From assembly GCA_965603825.1 (NCBI GenBank), contig CBFDEM010000047.1, positions 1 through 64,000 on the forward strand: 64,000 bases of DNA. Reading direction: 5' to 3'. The notes under the pieces were generated by a model. It saw nothing but the letters and a program-made list of their open reading frames with translations. It had not been told where the DNA came from and did not search any database. Positions 60,740 to 64,000 of this stretch are shown piece by piece. Each line of letters begins with the position of its first letter. Within the stretch, counting starts at the first letter, position 1. The position numbers and the translations under genes are program-made. This DNA comes from Blepharisma stoltei ATCC 30299 (lineage: Eukaryota; Protista; Ciliophora).

Positions 60740-62740
60740 TTATTGACCTGAATAAAGCTGCGCAATAACATCCACATATTTTTTCTTCGCTTGGAATCTC
60801 ATTAATTTTTGCGTAGGTGTTAACAAGTCATCAGTCGTCCAAGCTACTGGCTCTAGCGCAATAGCTTTAACTTGTTCATATCCAAATAATCCAGCCTCTT
60901 TTCCATATTTATCCATATCTTTCAAAATATCAGTCTTCAGCTTAGGACTTGCACAAATTTCTCCAAAAGCCGCCTCAGGACCAAAACCATTGTCAGCTGC
61001 CCATGTTTTTCTTATATAAGGCTCATCAGGGACCACAATGGCAATTAAAGTTGCTTGTAAAGAATCGCCATATACAAAGATTTGGTTAACATAATGCGAC
61101 TTTGTATAAGCTAATTCAATTTTTTCAGCTGAAACATATTCGCCTTGGGCAAGCTTGAAAAAGTTCTTTTTTCTGTCAATAAGCTTGATTGCGCCTGAAT
61201 GAGGGAGTCTGATGCCGATATCGCCTGTATGGAGCCATCCTTCAGAGTCTAAAGCTTCTGCAGTTAATTCAGGACTTTTATAGTATCCCAAAAATATAGG
61301 CCCACCCTTTAAGCAGATTTCTCCTCTTGGGGCTAATTCTCCATCCTCATTACGATCTGTGCTTAAATATTCCATTTCTGGGACGTCTACAAGCTTAACT
61401 TGCAAAGTCGTGATTGGTCCGCCTACATGTCCAGTTTCTGAGTCTTGATGTCTAGTAATGAACGAGCCTGCACATGTTTCAGTTTGACCATAAGCTTCTA
61501 ATATAGGGCACGAAAAGACGATTCTTAAGAAATTTAGCACATCAGGCGCTATAGGTGCTGAGCCGGTCGCCATAAGTTTGACTCTGCCTCCAAGTACTCC
61601 TGCGACTTTTGCAAAAACAATTTTGTCCCATACAAAATTGGTTAATTTCCCTTGGGTTTCCCAATAATGTTTTTTCACCTTAAGTGCTTTGTCAACTAAT
61701 GCTTTTTTGGCTGGAGGTAATGCATTAAATTGCTGTTGAATTGCATCATAAAATCTATTCCAAAGCCTAGGAACTGATATAAAAATGGTAGGCCTTAGCA
61801 CAGCCAAGTCATCTTTAAGCTTCATAACATCTCCTTGATAAAACCCAAAGGCACAGCCCATAACAATAAGGTAATTTTCCACAAATCTTTCTAACATATG
61901 TGCAAGTGGCAAATAAGATAAATAAACCTCATCTGGAGTAAAGGTAATTCCCCAGTTAATTACTCCAGAAATGGTAGAAATCAAATTATTATGAGTAATG
62001 ATAGCACCCTTAGGCATTCCTGTTGTCCCACTTGTATAGCAAATTGTATATAGTGAATCTGCAGTGGGAGGGTGAACTTCTCCATCAGGTGCCATACGTG
62101 CAATTTCAGCCAAACTGTAAAATGCAAGCCCAAGACCTGAGGCTTCTGCTTTAAGTTCATCACTAATTTCCTCAAAAACAGCCACAATTTGAAGATTCTG
62201 TATTAGTCCTTGTTTTCTGAATTTTATAATGCCTTCTGCTTGCTTCAATGGGCATGATACTGCTTTCATGTTGGTTTGGCCTAAAATGAAATCAAGACTT
62301 TCTCCTTGTAAAGTATCATAAAGAGGCACAGACACTATTGACTGGGACATACAAGCAATGTCATTGACTATCCATTCTTCTCTATTGCGGGAATAAATGC
62401 CTAGGAATGAGTTTCCTTCGTCATCTTTTGTGGTAATTCCTAAGGAATGATAGCCATATCCAAGACTTAAGGCAAATTGAGAGACTTCTCCATATGTTTT
62501 CCATTGGTAGTCTCCTATAGTGCCGTCTGGATTTTTAGCTCGGGTGCCGAGGAAATTCTTTGAGCTATGGCGTTCAACAGAAGCTTTAAAGGACTCGTAT
62601 AAGGTGGTCGCTCCATTGAAACACTTATAAGAAATATCTGGGCCAGGCTCAGGGTAGCCGAAAACTGGTGATTGGCCAGGAGATCCAGCATCTACAGCAG
62701 CTGTATACCTAAAGGATGGCTTTGTTGAATTTGCACCCAT
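60740..62740 (-). CDS. ACSL: Long-chain-fatty-acid--CoA ligase (666 aa)
   Basis: TICYTSGTTGMPKG, YLPLAH, YGQTE, GWLHTGDIG, IDRKKNFFKLAQGEYV. ATG 62740 preferred over the GTG track start. Confidence 0.95.
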   Translation of the reverse strand: MGANSTKPSFRYTAAVDAGSPGQSPVFGYPEPGPDISYKCFNGATTLYESFKASVERHSSKNFLGTRAKNPDGTIGDYQWKTYGEVSQFALSLGYGYHSLGITTKDDEGNSFLGIYSRNREEWIVNDIACMSQSIVSVPLYDTLQGESLDFILGQTNMKAVSCPLKQAEGIIKFRKQGLIQNLQIVAVFEEISDELKAEASGLGLAFYSLAEIARMAPDGEVHPPTADSLYTICYTSGTTGMPKGAIITHNNLISTISGVINWGITFTPDEVYLSYLPLAHMLERFVENYLIVMGCAFGFYQGDVMKLKDDLAVLRPTIFISVPRLWNRFYDAIQQQFNALPPAKKALVDKALKVKKHYWETQGKLTNFVWDKIVFAKVAGVLGGRVKLMATGSAPIAPDVLNFLRIVFSCPILEAYGQTETCAGSFITRHQDSETGHVGGPITTLQVKLVDVPEMEYLSTDRNEDGELAPRGEICLKGGPIFLGYYKSPELTAEALDSEGWLHTGDIGIRLPHSGAIKLIDRKKNFFKLAQGEYVSAEKIELAYTKSHYVNQIFVYGDSLQATLIAIVVPDEPYIRKTWAADNGFGPEAAFGEICASPKLKTDILKDMDKYGKEAGLFGYEQVKAIALEPVAWTTDDLLTPTQKLMRFQAKKKYVDVIAQLYSGQ

Positions 62741-63331
62741 ATTTATATATTCCACAAAAGATTAAGATTAATTAAGGTGTCAATGAAAATTCCTGATTAA
62801 ATTTTGTGGGCTATATGTCATGCTCCAATCTAGTTCTTAAATAATTTTAATCCATTTATTTTATATTTTTAATATTTCTGTTTCTCTAATAACAAAGCTT
62901 AAAGCTTATTTAATTTCCAAAAAAATTACTTTGAAGGGTTCTTTTGAATTTAATTTTTAATTAATTTATATCTACTACAGCTATTTGGAGATAAATATTT
63001 ATAAAGGAAAATTGTCGATTTCAAGTGCTATATAAATAAATGCTTAAAAGACTTAAGCACAAGTTCAATTAATTTTTTCCCTGGTAAGAACAGAAAAGTA
63101 AAGCTAATATTAAAAAATTTCTTATGAAAAAGAAATTTTTGTCAATTATTTATTAATTTGTGATAAATTCCAAGACCTTTTTAAGAATTTTAATTAGCTG
63201 AAACATTTGATAACTATCGTGGATACAGATGAATTTTTTAAAAATTCTTTATAATTTTATTATAAAATTATAATTTAAATGTAAAGCTTTGCTAATAATT
63301 TATTTTTGGACTCTAATAGATATTTTTCTTT

Positions 63332-64000
63332 ATGTCGTCCAGAGCATCAAATACTCCTAGGGCAACAACAAAATATCCAGAAAGCAGAGCATATTTTTCA
63401 ATAGAAGACCATACCAGAAAAGATTTACTTAATATACTTATACAAATCAAAAAGATAATCATGCTTAATGCTATCAATTCATTAGAATATGCTAAATGAG
63501 AAGCATTTACTGATTCAATTGTAATTATAAACAAACTATTGCTCATTTTAATAAAATCGAAGCAGATTTCTATTAGAGATTTCTACAAATCTCTAAAACA
63601 AGCATGGCTTTTTATCCTACAAGAATGGGATTTAATAAATGACCTTTATGGCTGAAATATCTTTTCTATTATTTTTCAAAAGCTCATAATGCATTTTATT
63701 AGCGTCAGCGATAATAAAAGAATGAAAAAGTGCCTCGAAGGCTTTATTTTAATTTCTGAAAAATTTGAAATTTTTAATGATAATTATTTGGATTTTTTAA
63801 ATCTTCTGATTACAGGCTATTATGATAATATTGATGAGGAAATCATAAGGTTATGCTTAAACTCTTTGAAAATTATAGAAAAACAACCCAAAAAATATGA
63901 AATCAATATGGGGAATTTAGAACTTTCTATAATTACATGATCCCTGATGATTGGGGAGGAAAAATATGATGAAAATGTTGAGAATTTATTAAAATTAGAT
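63332..64000 (+). CDS. Hypothetical helical protein, 5' part (runs off the window)
   Basis: Open frame from ATG 63332 through three TGA(Trp) codons to the window end. Confidence 0.65.

Noticed and set aside
2254-63940. In-frame TGAs as selenocysteine or as widespread pseudogenisation
   Set aside because: They align with conserved Trp rather than Cys, occur in otherwise intact essential genes, and no SECIS was recognised.
1-64000. Stentor, or a fully ambiguous stop-codon code (Condylostoma-type)
   Set aside because: Stentor uses the standard code. In-frame TAA/TAG here occur only inside 15-nt introns or in clearly decayed copies.

Overview
This window is the left end of a ciliate macronuclear (somatic) chromosome, almost certainly from the heterotrich Blepharisma. 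Three features point there. First, ~1.19 kb of (CCCTAACA)n telomere opens the window. Second, UGA is read as Trp while UAA/UAG remain stops: in-frame TGA repeatedly sits at invariant Trp positions in U-box, Kelch, Sec23, kinase DIW, MORN, DCC1 and ZNF474 motifs. Third, there are seven 15-nt GT-AG introns, each with an invariant A at -6. The supplied standard-code ORF track therefore fragments many genes and misses PEX2 entirely. Re-read by hand with TGA=Trp and the tiny introns, the window holds ~36 tightly packed genes, with gaps down to 6-30 bp. They include SEC23, NAC-alpha, a CDPK, a CDPK7-like kinase, an AGC kinase, NFX1, NDUFS6, PEX2, GCH1, DCC1, a SINA-type E3 and an acyl-CoA synthetase. 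There are two birth-and-death tandem arrays: a multi-TM family carrying NDUFS6 fragments with it, and a 929-aa HExxH protein with decayed and internally deleted copies. The best novelty candidates are a cytosolic TPR + bacterial/phage-type glycosyltransferase, gene-specific avoidance of UGA-Trp, a possible 12-nt intron, and a His-motif acidic membrane protein. I saw no tRNA, rRNA, CRISPR array or recognisable transposase. Family assignments are from motif recognition, not database searches.
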